NCBI GenBank assembly: GCA_016861205.1
Contig: BOKX01000001.1
Span: 520,539-584,538, forward strand
Length of the DNA: 64,000 nt
DNA from: Patescibacteria group bacterium
Lineage (GTDB): Bacteria > Patescibacteriota > Microgenomatia > UBA1400 > PJMF01
Reading direction: 5' to 3'
The notes under the pieces were generated by a model. That model searched no databases and was not told where the DNA came from. It saw only the letters and a program-made list of their open reading frames with translations. Below are positions 1 through 10,149 of this stretch, in pieces; the first letter of the stretch is position 1, and every line of letters begins with the position of its first letter. A program made the translations under genes and the position numbers.

Positions 1-283
1 CAACCCAAACTTCCATACCCAGAAAATAGGTAAAAACACCATTGAGATATATGGCCAAGGGGGCTTTGTAGTCACCAAAGGACCGGAATGAAACTGGCAA
101 TCGTTCTAACCACTCGTCACGACGCTTGGTAATAACTGCGTAACCGTTATAACCAATGGCTGCTTCATCCCACGCTAATCCATGTGGCACCTGGCCTAGC
201 TGGTAAAAACGTAAAAGGGCAGCAACTACCAAAATAGCGACTGCCCACCACCACCATGTTTTTTGTATGACTGCACGCTGCAT
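1..283 (-). CDS. GT-C family (GT39/GT83, PMT/ArnT-like) membrane glycosyltransferase, N-terminal part; the gene continues beyond the window start
   Basis: The reverse complement reads MQRAVIQKTWWWWAVAILVVAALLRFYQLGQVPHGLAWDEAAIGYNGYAV. The first loop carries the WDE motif typical of PMT/ArnT-type GT-C enzymes. The ATG lies at 281-283. Confidence 0.6.
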   Translation of the reverse strand, partial: MQRAVIQKTWWWWAVAILVVAALLRFYQLGQVPHGLAWDEAAIGYNGYAVITKRRDEWLERLPVSFRSFGDYKAPLAIYLNGVFTYFLGMEVWV

Positions 284-336
284 GTTACAACCTTATCATA
301 GCAGACGGAGATCACCCTGCGTGATACTATCATTGC

Positions 337-1830
337 ATGAGATCACGAGTTATGGACCACCCAAGCTGGTGGTGGGGTTGGTGGTTACTTGGCATAGCCC
401 TGACTCTGTGGATGACTCGCTGGATCTGGGGCACTTCAGTCGATATTGAGTATCTGCAAAGTTTCTTCGACCGCTCGCAGTGGCGAATACCACTCAGTGA
501 ACACGTCATCGCTGATAGTGAACTGTACTTGGTCGCTGGTTGGCGACTAGTAACTCGCCACGATTTCTATCAAACCAATCCTGAAGTGCCACCTGTTGGC
601 AAGTATCTTTATGGCCTGACCATGATGGCGACTGGCCAACCCTACCTGGTAACTGTCAGCTTGTACCTAGTGGCAATTTTGAGTTTCGGTTGGTTTGTTC
701 ATCAGTGGCTGCCAAAACCAGCGGCCCGCTTGGCTACCGGCTGGTGGATCTGGAGCGGCTTGTTGAGCTGGCAAGTTAGCCAAACCATGTTAGATCTACC
801 TCAAGTTGTCTTTTTGTTGTGGCATGTGATCATGATCGGCTTGGCGCTCAAAACTACCTCGCGCAAACAGCACCTGTTGGCTTTCGGTGGAGCTGGCGTG
901 ACTCTCGGTCTTTTTGCAGCCACGAAAATTGGGTTGTTCGTACCACTCGTGTTACTAGCCGATACTTGGTTTGCATTGATAACCGGTCAATGGTGGGCAG
1001 TAGGAGTTATCGGATTGCTGAGCGGGTTTACTTACTTAGTTTCCTATGCTGATTTTCTAAGGCAGAACACTATTTTAGATTGGCTAAAAGCCCAAAAATG
1101 GATGTTAAACTTCTATGCTGCTTCCAAGCTCAAACCAATTCCCGGCATGGCAGTGATCACCAGCCTGACTGGCTGGTATCGTGGCTGGTGGCAAACGCAG
1201 GGTTGGCAGTTTGTCCAAGACTGGAACGTGCTTTGGTCACTCGGTGTTTTAAGCTGGCTAGTGGGTATCAAAAAGTGGCAGTGGCGAGTGAGTGCCCGGC
1301 AACCTGAAACAGTTATGGCACACTATGTCCTTCTGCTGGGTGGTCTCATCTTTGTGAGCATGTGTGTGATTCCCTTTTGGCCAAGATACTTCCTGCTGGT
1401 CTTACCATTTGGCATCTATTGGCTGGCCAAAATCATCGCGCCATACCCCAAACTCAGTTGGGTCGTGACAGGCATAGTTGTCATGCAGTGGTTTGTCAGC
1501 ATGGCACCAAACCCAACAGAACGACTGCACTTCATCATAGATGGTTGGCAACAAGAACACTGGGCCGAGCTCTACAGCCTCACAGATCCTCAGTTTCAGA
1601 AACAAGTTAGCCGTGCTGAGTTTTATCGAACGTGGTCCAGTTCCCCAGCCATTCCCAAAACCGCCACTCTGACATCAGCACTAACTCCTTGGCAAACGCA
1701 CGCCTCAGCCGAGCTGGTCTTCCCCACAATCACCGGAGAGGTACGGACCCAGATACTATTAACTCGAGTGGGTAATCAGTGGTTCTGGTCAATTCCTGTC
1801 GAGACACTGTCACCGACAGTGGTTCAATAG
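337..1830 (+). CDS. Polytopic Trp-rich integral membrane protein, putative GT-C-like glycosyltransferase
   Basis: The ORF is 497 aa with many hydrophobic segments. It is divergent from the GT-C gene at the window start. No soluble catalytic motif was seen. Confidence 0.5.
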   Translation: MRSRVMDHPSWWWGWWLLGIALTLWMTRWIWGTSVDIEYLQSFFDRSQWRIPLSEHVIADSELYLVAGWRLVTRHDFYQTNPEVPPVGKYLYGLTMMATGQPYLVTVSLYLVAILSFGWFVHQWLPKPAARLATGWWIWSGLLSWQVSQTMLDLPQVVFLLWHVIMIGLALKTTSRKQHLLAFGGAGVTLGLFAATKIGLFVPLVLLADTWFALITGQWWAVGVIGLLSGFTYLVSYADFLRQNTILDWLKAQKWMLNFYAASKLKPIPGMAVITSLTGWYRGWWQTQGWQFVQDWNVLWSLGVLSWLVGIKKWQWRVSARQPETVMAHYVLLLGGLIFVSMCVIPFWPRYFLLVLPFGIYWLAKIIAPYPKLSWVVTGIVVMQWFVSMAPNPTERLHFIIDGWQQEHWAELYSLTDPQFQKQVSRAEFYRTWSSSPAIPKTATLTSALTPWQTHASAELVFPTITGEVRTQILLTRVGNQWFWSIPVETLSPTVVQ

Positions 1831-1833
1831 GTG

Positions 1834-2718
1834 TTACCAGCCAACTTTTCGAAACTTCCAGGCATGATACGGCAGCCACATCAAGAATTGGAGTTTTTGC
1901 CACCAAGTTGAGTGGACCCAAGCAAAGGTTCTAGTATGTCGCCAACTCCACAACGTCATGGCAGACTCGCCGAACACAGCTTGGTGCGTGGTTTCATGTT
2001 GATGAACCACAACGGCCTCGGTCGCAAACCAAGTTTTCCAGCCACGCTTTTGCGCTCGACGTGAAATATCAATATCTTCCCAGTAAGCAGGGTAGTAACG
2101 CTTATCGAACCCACCCAGCTCTAACCATTTAGCGCGGTCAAACATACCACTGCCACCACTCACCCAAGCCGTTTCTCCAGAAGTGAAGTTCACTGCCCGA
2201 CTGTGCATGAACAAGCCACGCTGAAACCATAGCCGATTTTTGCCACCCCACTGTTCGCCACCTTTATCGTCAGGTTCGCGCTCCAAGCAACCAACCCCAA
2301 ACATCAACTCATCATCGAAGTAGGGCAACAGTGTGTCGATTACATCGGGGGCTGGCGAAACATCATTGTTTAGTAACAAAACAAACGGGTGATGCGCCAA
2401 GCGAAAACCAGCATTGGCATTTGCTCCAAAGCGAACGTTTTTGAGGTGTCGCAGGTACCACATCACCACTGACTTGCGACCCAAATGTACGGTCGCAAAA
2501 TAGAGCTCGGTACCAGCAATCTTGTCGGCTGGGGCAGGCTCGAGATGCCAGGTTTTTTGGGCCCACGTCAAAGAACCATCTGTACCCGCGTCATCAGCAA
2601 TGATCACTTCATCGCCATCTCGAACACACGCTAACACCGCTGGCAGGTTTTTTTTCAATAATTCTTCGCCGTTAAAAGTTGGAATCACCACTGAAACATG
2701 GTGTTTAAGTGTTGGCAT
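1834..2718 (-). CDS. Family 2 glycosyltransferase (GT2)
   Basis: The N-terminus reads VSVVIPTFNGEELLKKNLPAVL....IIADDAGTDGS. The start was moved to the ATG at 2716-2718, which is preceded by a GGAGA ribosome-binding site. Confidence 0.75.
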   Translation of the reverse strand: MPTLKHHVSVVIPTFNGEELLKKNLPAVLACVRDGDEVIIADDAGTDGSLTWAQKTWHLEPAPADKIAGTELYFATVHLGRKSVVMWYLRHLKNVRFGANANAGFRLAHHPFVLLLNNDVSPAPDVIDTLLPYFDDELMFGVGCLEREPDDKGGEQWGGKNRLWFQRGLFMHSRAVNFTSGETAWVSGGSGMFDRAKWLELGGFDKRYYPAYWEDIDISRRAQKRGWKTWFATEAVVVHQHETTHQAVFGESAMTLWSWRHTRTFAWVHSTWWQKLQFLMWLPYHAWKFRKVGW

Positions 2719-3829
2719 GCTGGTCTCCAATCATCTGTCGTAACGTGGCTTTAAATGCAGCCTCACCAAATGAAGCCGCTTGTTTTTGTGCCTGGTGGCT
2801 GGCTGCTGCAACTTGATCAGGATTCTTGATCAGGTCAAGGGTTTTGCGCATCCCATCCGTGGGGGTTTGCCATAACCACATCTTAAGAGCATCACCAACA
2901 ACCTCAGGCTGGCCGCCTTTCCCATGCACTACCGGCACGGCTCCCATAGACATCGCTTCAACTGTACTAATTCCGAAATGTTCTACTTTCATCGGTTCAG
3001 TGGTCTCATCAACTTCCCACCCCGCAGCGTGCCAATAAATTTTGGCTTTTGCATACCACTGCCACACTTCAAACTTAGACAGCGAGTGATAAAACTCGAT
3101 CGGCAAACCTTTGGCTGCACCTTTGACTGCTGCTGCGTACTGTTCATCTTCGACTGCCCCGATGAGCACCAACTTCCAGCCTGCCAGCAACTTCGGTTCT
3201 GTCTTGAGCAGCTCGGTAAACATACTCACCAGAACATCCTGCCGTTTGCTGTGAAGGTGTTTAAAAAACCTACCCACTGATAGGATCACTTTTTCTTTTC
3301 GGATAGTTGCACCTACTTCAAGTGGTGGTACCACCATTGGATAATGCACAAATTGAATCGGTGTGTGCCAAGCCCGAGACACTACTCGCCGGGTGAACAC
3401 TGAGTTGGTGTTGCGAATCGGCCAATTAAAAAGTTTGAGCCGCTGGCTCATACTCAGCGGTTTTGAAAATGGGAACTGAATATGCATGACATTTCGCTTG
3501 GCAGCACTCCACCACATACTGCCATCGGTGAGATAGTAAACAACGTCGAACTGTTTGGTCCATGACAACTTGGACAACCAACTATCACCAGCGTTCATTG
3601 GCGCTGGCACCCACTGAATCCCTGCAAGTGACTCACCCAAAAAAGCTTCGTACGCTTTGATCTTTGCTGTCAGTTGTTCATCAGACACAACTGGGCCTGA
3701 CAACCCAATGGTGACTTTGTGTCCATCGCTTACCAAACACCTTGCCACATCCAAGATGTACTTCTCACCGCCTCCAAAGTGTTTCGGCAAGTAAGGTGAG
3801 TAGAGGCCGATTTTCATTGATGAACCCAT
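2705..3829 (-). CDS. Family 4 (GT-B) glycosyltransferase
   Basis: The C-terminal motif EHFGISTVEAMSMGAVPVV is the GT4 E-x7-E signature. The start is ambiguous between 3817, 3829 and 3850. Confidence 0.7.
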   Translation of the reverse strand: MGSSMKIGLYSPYLPKHFGGGEKYILDVARCLVSDGHKVTIGLSGPVVSDEQLTAKIKAYEAFLGESLAGIQWVPAPMNAGDSWLSKLSWTKQFDVVYYLTDGSMWWSAAKRNVMHIQFPFSKPLSMSQRLKLFNWPIRNTNSVFTRRVVSRAWHTPIQFVHYPMVVPPLEVGATIRKEKVILSVGRFFKHLHSKRQDVLVSMFTELLKTEPKLLAGWKLVLIGAVEDEQYAAAVKGAAKGLPIEFYHSLSKFEVWQWYAKAKIYWHAAGWEVDETTEPMKVEHFGISTVEAMSMGAVPVVHGKGGQPEVVGDALKMWLWQTPTDGMRKTLDLIKNPDQVAAASHQAQKQAASFGEAAFKATLRQMIGDQHANT

Positions 3830-3831
3830 GG

Positions 3832-4683
3832 TCAGACTCGCTTTCGCCACAGTTCGGCCACTAACTCTTCATGCCGACGATATCGAGCTGACAGGGATGG
3901 TTTTTGCTGCAGCTCCCAAACTTGGATGTACACTAACAGCCGATTCGTTGCTTGAACTAAGGCTTCTATCCAACCTGGCAAACCGTCCTTATAACCTTGT
4001 TCTTTAACACCTCGGCGCAACAACTCCATGCCGAACTTCCTGAATAAGGTTGTCAATTTCACTGGTGGAATACCTGACTCAAACAGCAAGCGCGCTTCGA
4101 TGGGTGTCCACTCTGCTGTTTTTAACAAACCTGAGACCACATTGCGATGAGTTAGATGCAAGAGTGGTTGTTGTAACTCGCTTACTTCGCCATCTATGTC
4201 TGCGTGTTCGTGTACCTCACCAGCCCACGTTTTGAGCTTCAGCCGATTGAACAATCGGACCACCCGATCATGCTGCCAGCCGCCATAGTACATTGGGTAT
4301 CCGTACAGTACATTGCTGCGTCGGACTGAGTAAGCAGTTGGGGCATGAGGATTGGTCTCTGATTGAGCTATGGCACTTCGCACTTCATCAGCTAATGCAG
4401 GGACTACTCGCTCATCCGCATCCACATAGAGCACCCAATCAGTTTTGGCTCGACGCAAGGCTTCGTTTCTAAGTTCCGAGAAGCCACCTTTGGTGGTCAC
4501 TACTCGCGCTCCAGCCCGCTTCGCCAACTCGGCAGTGGTATCACTCGAATCGTTGTCCACCACGATCACTTCATCACACCACTGCAAACTGTCGAGACAG
4601 TTGGCAATCATGTCAGCTTCATTCCGAGCTATCACTAACGCAGAAATTGTCGGTTGAGTTTTGGTTTCAGTCATCGTGTTCAT
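3832..4683 (-). CDS. Family 2 glycosyltransferase (GT2)
   Basis: The sequence ISALVIARNEADMIANCLDSL...VVDNDSSDTT is GT2-like. Its start overlaps the stop of the next gene in an ATGA coupling. Confidence 0.75.
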   Translation of the reverse strand: MNTMTETKTQPTISALVIARNEADMIANCLDSLQWCDEVIVVDNDSSDTTAELAKRAGARVVTTKGGFSELRNEALRRAKTDWVLYVDADERVVPALADEVRSAIAQSETNPHAPTAYSVRRSNVLYGYPMYYGGWQHDRVVRLFNRLKLKTWAGEVHEHADIDGEVSELQQPLLHLTHRNVVSGLLKTAEWTPIEARLLFESGIPPVKLTTLFRKFGMELLRRGVKEQGYKDGLPGWIEALVQATNRLLVYIQVWELQQKPSLSARYRRHEELVAELWRKRV

Positions 4684-5594
4684 AAAATAGTTTGCTTTCC
4701 TAGATTACCCACCACCACATCTACAATGGCCCGTCGCTCATAGTAACCACCTCGCCAAGCGAGTCTAACTGCCAAACTGATGACTGTTAGTTTGGTTCTC
4801 CAAGAACCATAGCGCCAGCAGAACCACAATCGATTCCGAGTCTGATAGTACAGATGCAGTGGCGAACCTGGACCCCCAGTTGAACCAGCATTCGTATGCC
4901 AAATTTTGGCAGTTGGACAGAGTTTGAGAGCAAAACCATGATATTTGACCCTCATGCTCCAATCCACATCTTCTAGATAGAGGAAGTATCGATCATCTAA
5001 GCCACCCACAATCTCCAAAACTTTTCTCGGCAGAAGGACACAGCAACCTGTCGCGAAATCCATGTCACTATCCGCAGCAAATTGACCACGATCCAGCTCA
5101 TCAATTCCTCGATGAAAAGCATCGAGGTTGCGCCAGTCTATACTCCCGCCACCGAACCAGAGGACTTTACCGAGATCTTTTGGCTGATAACTCGACTGAT
5201 GGAACTCTCTTCCAGCAGTAAAGTAAATCAACGGATTCACCATCCCAACTTCTGGATGATTAACCAAGTAGGCATGAAGTTCAGTCAAAAAATTCGGTGA
5301 CACAATCGTGTCATTATTCAGCAGTAAGACATAATCTGACTGGTACGTCTCCAGTGCATGTTTGACGAGTAAGTTATTTCCACCCGTAAAACCCAAGTTA
5401 GTTTCGCTGCGCAAAATTTCGAGCGGTAACTCCTGCAACTTAGGTGGCACCGTAAAAATTTCTTTTGAAGCGTTGTCCAAAACGATAATCTGGTACCGAA
5501 AGCGTTTAGCCTCAAGTCGCCGCAGCGAATCAAGACACTTGAGCGTGTCAGCTTCAGCATTGTAGTGGACGATCACGATACTAATGTGGTCCAT
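4680..5594 (-). CDS. Family 2 glycosyltransferase (rhamnosyl/galactosyl-transferase-like)
   Basis: MDHISIVIVHYNAEADTLKCLDSL...VLDNASKE shows the GT2 fold and the DxD region. Confidence 0.75.
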   Translation of the reverse strand: MDHISIVIVHYNAEADTLKCLDSLRRLEAKRFRYQIIVLDNASKEIFTVPPKLQELPLEILRSETNLGFTGGNNLLVKHALETYQSDYVLLLNNDTIVSPNFLTELHAYLVNHPEVGMVNPLIYFTAGREFHQSSYQPKDLGKVLWFGGGSIDWRNLDAFHRGIDELDRGQFAADSDMDFATGCCVLLPRKVLEIVGGLDDRYFLYLEDVDWSMRVKYHGFALKLCPTAKIWHTNAGSTGGPGSPLHLYYQTRNRLWFCWRYGSWRTKLTVISLAVRLAWRGGYYERRAIVDVVVGNLGKQTIL

Positions 5595-5625
5595 ATGTCT
5601 CTCTATTATACGTACTCACGCACTT

Positions 5626-6579
5626 TTAAACTCGAAGTTTGCGTCGCACTCGCCAAACCAGCTGCTCCCAACCTCGAGTCCGCTGGACCTGAGTATCTGC
5701 TAACCAATATGCCAACTGACCACGCAAAGAAGCCAAAGCAGTTACCTCAACGTCCGTCTGCTGGTGGGTGGCCGTTGCCAGCTCTTCTGGCTTGACTAAC
5801 TCGAGGTACTTGAGGTGAACGGCGAGTTCATAGCACCCCTGCATCAGGGCCAAACTGGCTCCGACCGTGCCATCCATGAAACCTTTTTTATGAAAGAAAC
5901 GACTTTGAAACTCATTAAAAAAAGTCTCAATAGCTGAAGTTGGTTGGCTGGGTTGCTTGGTACTCTCGCTTGCTAGCTCCTCAGCTTTCAGATCAGTGTA
6001 ACGATTCAAACGCTCCAAGTATGACTGAACCGTTGGGTAGTTTTGATGCATCAGAGCCACGTTAGGATCGGCTGGCAAGTAAACACTTTCTCCATCAACT
6101 TTGGGCAATCGATGTACACCATCCTCCCAGGTCACTTTACCTTGTTGAAAAAGCCTTGCTTGATGATCAGGCCACCAACCGGTGTGAGCCACCCAGTGAC
6201 CAAAAATGTAGTTCTGCCGCGGCAACCAATAACAAGCAACGGTGCTAGCACTTGGCTGACTGAGAGTTGACCGAATCCAAGTAGCTAAACTGGGGGGAAC
6301 GGTTTCATCAGCGTCTAAAACTAGAATCCATGGCTGCTTAGCTTGGGCGTTGGCAAAGTTGCGGGCGGGATCAGCGTAGCGGTGATTTTTCGTGTAGGTG
6401 ATAACTTGATCGGCATACTTTTTTGCAATCTTAACTGTGTCATCGGTGCTTTGCATGTCGACCACCACCACTTCACTAGCCAAATCTTTGACACTACGAA
6501 GGGCCGCCTCTAACGTTGTTGCGGCGTTTTTGGTGTTGATTACGACACTCAGTGGCAAAGCAGATTTCGGTTCTGTCAT
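5626..6579 (-). CDS. Family 2 glycosyltransferase (GT2)
   Basis: LSVVINTKNAATTLEAALRSV...VVVVDMQSTDDT is GT2-like. The start was trimmed to the ATG at 6577-6579 (MTEPKS), because the longer ORF would overlap the divergent gene. Confidence 0.7.
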   Translation of the reverse strand: MTEPKSALPLSVVINTKNAATTLEAALRSVKDLASEVVVVDMQSTDDTVKIAKKYADQVITYTKNHRYADPARNFANAQAKQPWILVLDADETVPPSLATWIRSTLSQPSASTVACYWLPRQNYIFGHWVAHTGWWPDHQARLFQQGKVTWEDGVHRLPKVDGESVYLPADPNVALMHQNYPTVQSYLERLNRYTDLKAEELASESTKQPSQPTSAIETFFNEFQSRFFHKKGFMDGTVGASLALMQGCYELAVHLKYLELVKPEELATATHQQTDVEVTALASLRGQLAYWLADTQVQRTRGWEQLVWRVRRKLRV

Positions 6580-6616
6580 ACTTGAATGGTACCATTCATT
6601 GTATAGTCTAGAGTGT

Positions 6617-8623
6617 ATGAATACTAGTTTGTGGTTAAGTAATCCAGTGTGGATCGGGTGGCTGCTCTGGGCGGTAGTTGGTTTGATCGTTAGCCTATAC
6701 CTGCCTGGGTCTCTACTTGTATCTCGTTTGAAACTCAAATCAACGAGCATGCATTTTGTGTTGGCTTGGGCTGTCGGCCTCGCACTATGGGCGGCTCAAG
6801 GCGTGCTCTTGGGCTACTTTCAGCTACGTTGGCTCACTTTTGGTTACATTGTTTTGGCACTCGTTGGCACGTGGTTCCAACGCGAAACAGAGCTCCAGCG
6901 ACACCGAGAGTTGTGGTCAAGTTTGCGACGAATGAGTAAGCTCACATGGCTCATGGTAGTAGTCGGGACACTGGTGCAAGTTCTACCTGTCATCGGAACC
7001 GGCTGGCAGTTTGCGGATGGCGTTCATTTTTACCGAATTAATGCGTACGACGGGGTCATGCACCTGGCCTATGTACAAGAACTCGTCCACCACTTCCCAC
7101 CGGCTGAACCTGGCGCATATTGGTTGCCTTTGGTGAACTACCACTACTGGTCAGATGTGGCGATGGCTGAGTTGAGTCGGGTCTGGCAGTTACCAATTAC
7201 CCACGTCGTTTTTCAAATTGCCCCATTAGGGCTTTCTCTTGTGACTGCTGCTGCGACCTATCAATTCTTGCGACAGGTAAGCGGCCGAGCTAGCGCCGGT
7301 CAATGGGGTTTGCTGTTCTTGTACGGAGCTGGTGAACTAACGTACCTGTTCATGTGGTACTTTCAGCGACGACTTGGCTTTGACATTACTCCAGCCATTG
7401 ATAATGGTGCCATGCAGTTCCTCAACCTCCCGCACTGCTTTGCCAAAGCCATTTTTATGAATGGTTTGTTGACTTTGTCGGCGGCTTGGAGTGAGGGTGC
7501 CAAAAACAAGTGGTGGTGGCTCATTTCCTTGGTGCTATTAAGCACGTTGGTTGGATTTAAAATCTACTTTGGCATGTTTGTGGCTCTAGGCTTAGTCCTA
7601 GCTTTGGCTGGTTACGGGCTCCAACAAGGTCATGTCCTGAAGTGGCAGTTACCCAAACTATGGAAAATGGTTTGGTGGCCAGGCGTCAGTGTTGCCTTCA
7701 TTGGATTAGTGATGATGGCTATTTTCTTTCCAGTAAACCATGGTGCGGGTGGACTCTTCTACTCACCGCTCGAATGGCCAAAACTATTTTTGGGCCACAC
7801 CAACTTGAATTGGCAGGGTTGGTGGCTGCGTCGGCAAGTGTATGAGGCGGCCGGTAACACCCGCAACTTGATCATCATGGATAGCTTGGCTATAGCAATC
7901 TGTTTGTTATCTATTCATGGCACCCGACTGTTGGGTTTGTGGCCACGCCGGTGGTGGCTTAAACTTGGTTGGCCCATGTTTTTATTTTTAAGTGGGCCAA
8001 CGCTCATCTTCACTTGGCTCGGTCTTTTTACCTTACAGGAATCAGGACTGTTTAATGTTTTTAATTTTTTTGCGGTCAGCACTATCCCGTTGGCGCTCGC
8101 TACTGCTTTGGTGTGTGACGAGTGGTGGTCTTCGAAGCGATGGTGGCTGAAAACATTCGTCGTTATCGTAGTCCTGTTAAGTATTCCTCGGGCTGTACAC
8201 ACTTCCTATTTTTATCTCGATACCTACCGCCACTCCAAAGTTGAACAAGTAGTCTCACCTGATGAACTGGCGGCTTTCCGGTTTATAGAGACCCAACTCC
8301 CAGCTGCCAGTGTTGTACAAAGTAGTCCACTCAACACTTGGGACAAAACATCACCTTACGTGGCGTACTACAGCCAGCGACCTGCCTACCTCAGCGGCGT
8401 GGGCATGATGGACACCCATAATCAGCCTGTCAGTGACCCGTATGCGGAGTACAAGAAGATGTTTATGGAAGTGGACGGTGTGACCCTGCGCAGCTACCTT
8501 CAGGATCGGGCTGTCACCCACGTGTACTTACGAAAAAAGGCTGATGAACTACCCAGTTACCCACCATCCGAATTGGGCTCCGTGGTTTTCGAAAACGACA
8601 GTGTGATGCTAGTAGCCCTCTAA
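6617..8623 (+). CDS. Large polytopic membrane protein (668 aa), putative GT-C-like glycosyltransferase or polymerase
   Basis: There are many transmembrane segments and Trp-rich loops. The start was set to the ATG at 6617 (MNTSLWLSNPVW). The gene sits inside the glycan cluster. Confidence 0.5.
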   Translation: MNTSLWLSNPVWIGWLLWAVVGLIVSLYLPGSLLVSRLKLKSTSMHFVLAWAVGLALWAAQGVLLGYFQLRWLTFGYIVLALVGTWFQRETELQRHRELWSSLRRMSKLTWLMVVVGTLVQVLPVIGTGWQFADGVHFYRINAYDGVMHLAYVQELVHHFPPAEPGAYWLPLVNYHYWSDVAMAELSRVWQLPITHVVFQIAPLGLSLVTAAATYQFLRQVSGRASAGQWGLLFLYGAGELTYLFMWYFQRRLGFDITPAIDNGAMQFLNLPHCFAKAIFMNGLLTLSAAWSEGAKNKWWWLISLVLLSTLVGFKIYFGMFVALGLVLALAGYGLQQGHVLKWQLPKLWKMVWWPGVSVAFIGLVMMAIFFPVNHGAGGLFYSPLEWPKLFLGHTNLNWQGWWLRRQVYEAAGNTRNLIIMDSLAIAICLLSIHGTRLLGLWPRRWWLKLGWPMFLFLSGPTLIFTWLGLFTLQESGLFNVFNFFAVSTIPLALATALVCDEWWSSKRWWLKTFVVIVVLLSIPRAVHTSYFYLDTYRHSKVEQVVSPDELAAFRFIETQLPAASVVQSSPLNTWDKTSPYVAYYSQRPAYLSGVGMMDTHNQPVSDPYAEYKKMFMEVDGVTLRSYLQDRAVTHVYLRKKADELPSYPPSELGSVVFENDSVMLVAL

Positions 8624-8640
8624 ACGCATCGGTCACCCGA

Positions 8641-10149
8641 CTACTGTTTCTGCCAATAGCGAGCCACCAACTGGCCGACTTCGGCCCGCAGTTGAGACCA
8701 ACCGATAACCACAAACGTGACCCCGTAACTCAAACCGCTCACTACCCCACCAAACAACAACCAGCTATAACTGCGTGCCCACCAGTCTTGCCCAAGCCAA
8801 CCAACGACACTCATTACGACTCCAGCCACCAGTGGTCTCCAGACTTGTGCCCAAATCGCCACATCAACTTCTTTTTTCACTAAGTAGACCGGCAAAATGG
8901 ATGTTAAGGAAATGATTAATGATGCCCACGCTACTCCATTAAATCCATACCAATACACTAACAACGGTGTCAGCAACCACGTCAAACTTAGCCACATACC
9001 CATTAATTTAAGTGACTGTTTAATCTGACCAATTGCGTTTAACGTTGACACTAACGGTGATGAAATTGCGGCTGGGATGATACTCAGCGCAAACAAGGTA
9101 AAGCTGAGTAATGCTGGTTGCCACTTAGCATACCGTGGCACAATTTCTGTTAGCGGACCCATTAAAATAATTGTGCCAATAATCAACGGCACAATCAGCA
9201 AACTGATAAAGAACGTTGTTTTCTCAATTGCTCTTTTTAAAACATGCGGATGCCCTTGCAGTCGCGAGTAGGTTGGGAACATGACAGCAGATACATTGCC
9301 AACTGTTAAGTTATATGGATACATCGACCAATTTTTGGCCCAATTGATGTAGCCAAACTCCGTCAGTGGCAAGAACCACCCCATCACCAAGTAGAATAAG
9401 TTATCCTTCACTCGGGCCAATAGATCATAGAGTTGGAAACGAATTCCGAACCCAACCAGTTGCTTGGTCACTGCCCGATCCCAGCTCAGACCAATGGACC
9501 ACGGTTGCAGGAACCACATGGCAACCACACCCACCAACGACCGGGCCATCGTTGCATAGGCATAGGCAATTACCCCTGCCCCTCGCCAGGCCATTACCAC
9601 CAAAACTCCAAAGAAAGTCAGCTGCTCCAGAATCTGCGGCACAACAACCTTCGAAAACTCCAGTTTTCGTTCGAGCTTGATTGATGAGATGGTTTTCAAA
9701 CTTACTAACGGAAAAGAAATAGCCAAGCTTAGTAACACCCATACGCCGGCTGAACCCGTTTTACTACTCACTAAACCAGTGGCCACCACTCCTAAGCTCA
9801 ACGCCACTATCAGCCACGACAGGAGTTGTTGGATGGTGAAAGCGACTCGGTACTGTTTCAGTGTTGGCTCAGTTTTTTGTTGTACCAAAGTGGCCGCCAG
9901 ACCGACATCGGAGAAAAACACGAGCAACCCAATAATTTGAGTCACAAAACCATAAATGCCAAAGTCAGCCGGATCCAAAAAGGCACTCAATAAAATACCC
10001 GCCACAAAGCCAACGATTTGGAGAAACGCACCGCGAATAAAAAACGACACTACCCCAACCAAACTTTTTTGTTTAATGGCATTTACCTCTGGCGACTCAA
10101 GCACCTCATCTGTTTCTTGGGTAGTATCGGGAGCAGTGTAGTTAATCAT
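8641..10149 (-). CDS. wzx: Wzx-type oligosaccharide/polysaccharide flippase (MOP superfamily)
   Basis: The protein is about 500 aa with 12-14 transmembrane segments. Its N-terminus resembles polysaccharide biosynthesis proteins. The start was set to the ATG at 10147-10149, whose ATGATTAA sequence overlaps the stop of the upstream gene. Confidence 0.65.
   Translation of the reverse strand: MINYTAPDTTQETDEVLESPEVNAIKQKSLVGVVSFFIRGAFLQIVGFVAGILLSAFLDPADFGIYGFVTQIIGLLVFFSDVGLAATLVQQKTEPTLKQYRVAFTIQQLLSWLIVALSLGVVATGLVSSKTGSAGVWVLLSLAISFPLVSLKTISSIKLERKLEFSKVVVPQILEQLTFFGVLVVMAWRGAGVIAYAYATMARSLVGVVAMWFLQPWSIGLSWDRAVTKQLVGFGIRFQLYDLLARVKDNLFYLVMGWFLPLTEFGYINWAKNWSMYPYNLTVGNVSAVMFPTYSRLQGHPHVLKRAIEKTTFFISLLIVPLIIGTIILMGPLTEIVPRYAKWQPALLSFTLFALSIIPAAISSPLVSTLNAIGQIKQSLKLMGMWLSLTWLLTPLLVYWYGFNGVAWASLIISLTSILPVYLVKKEVDVAIWAQVWRPLVAGVVMSVVGWLGQDWWARSYSWLLFGGVVSGLSYGVTFVVIGWSQLRAEVGQLVARYWQKQ

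Noticed and set aside
267-449. A 60-aa ORF at the window start.
   Set aside because: It overlaps the divergent start region of two better-supported genes (1-283 minus and 337-1830 plus). It is likely spurious.
9366-9742. Several overlapping ORFs of 83-105 aa on both strands.
   Set aside because: They lie inside the wzx flippase gene (8641-10149, minus strand). They lack ribosome-binding sites and show no coding signal independent of the host frame.
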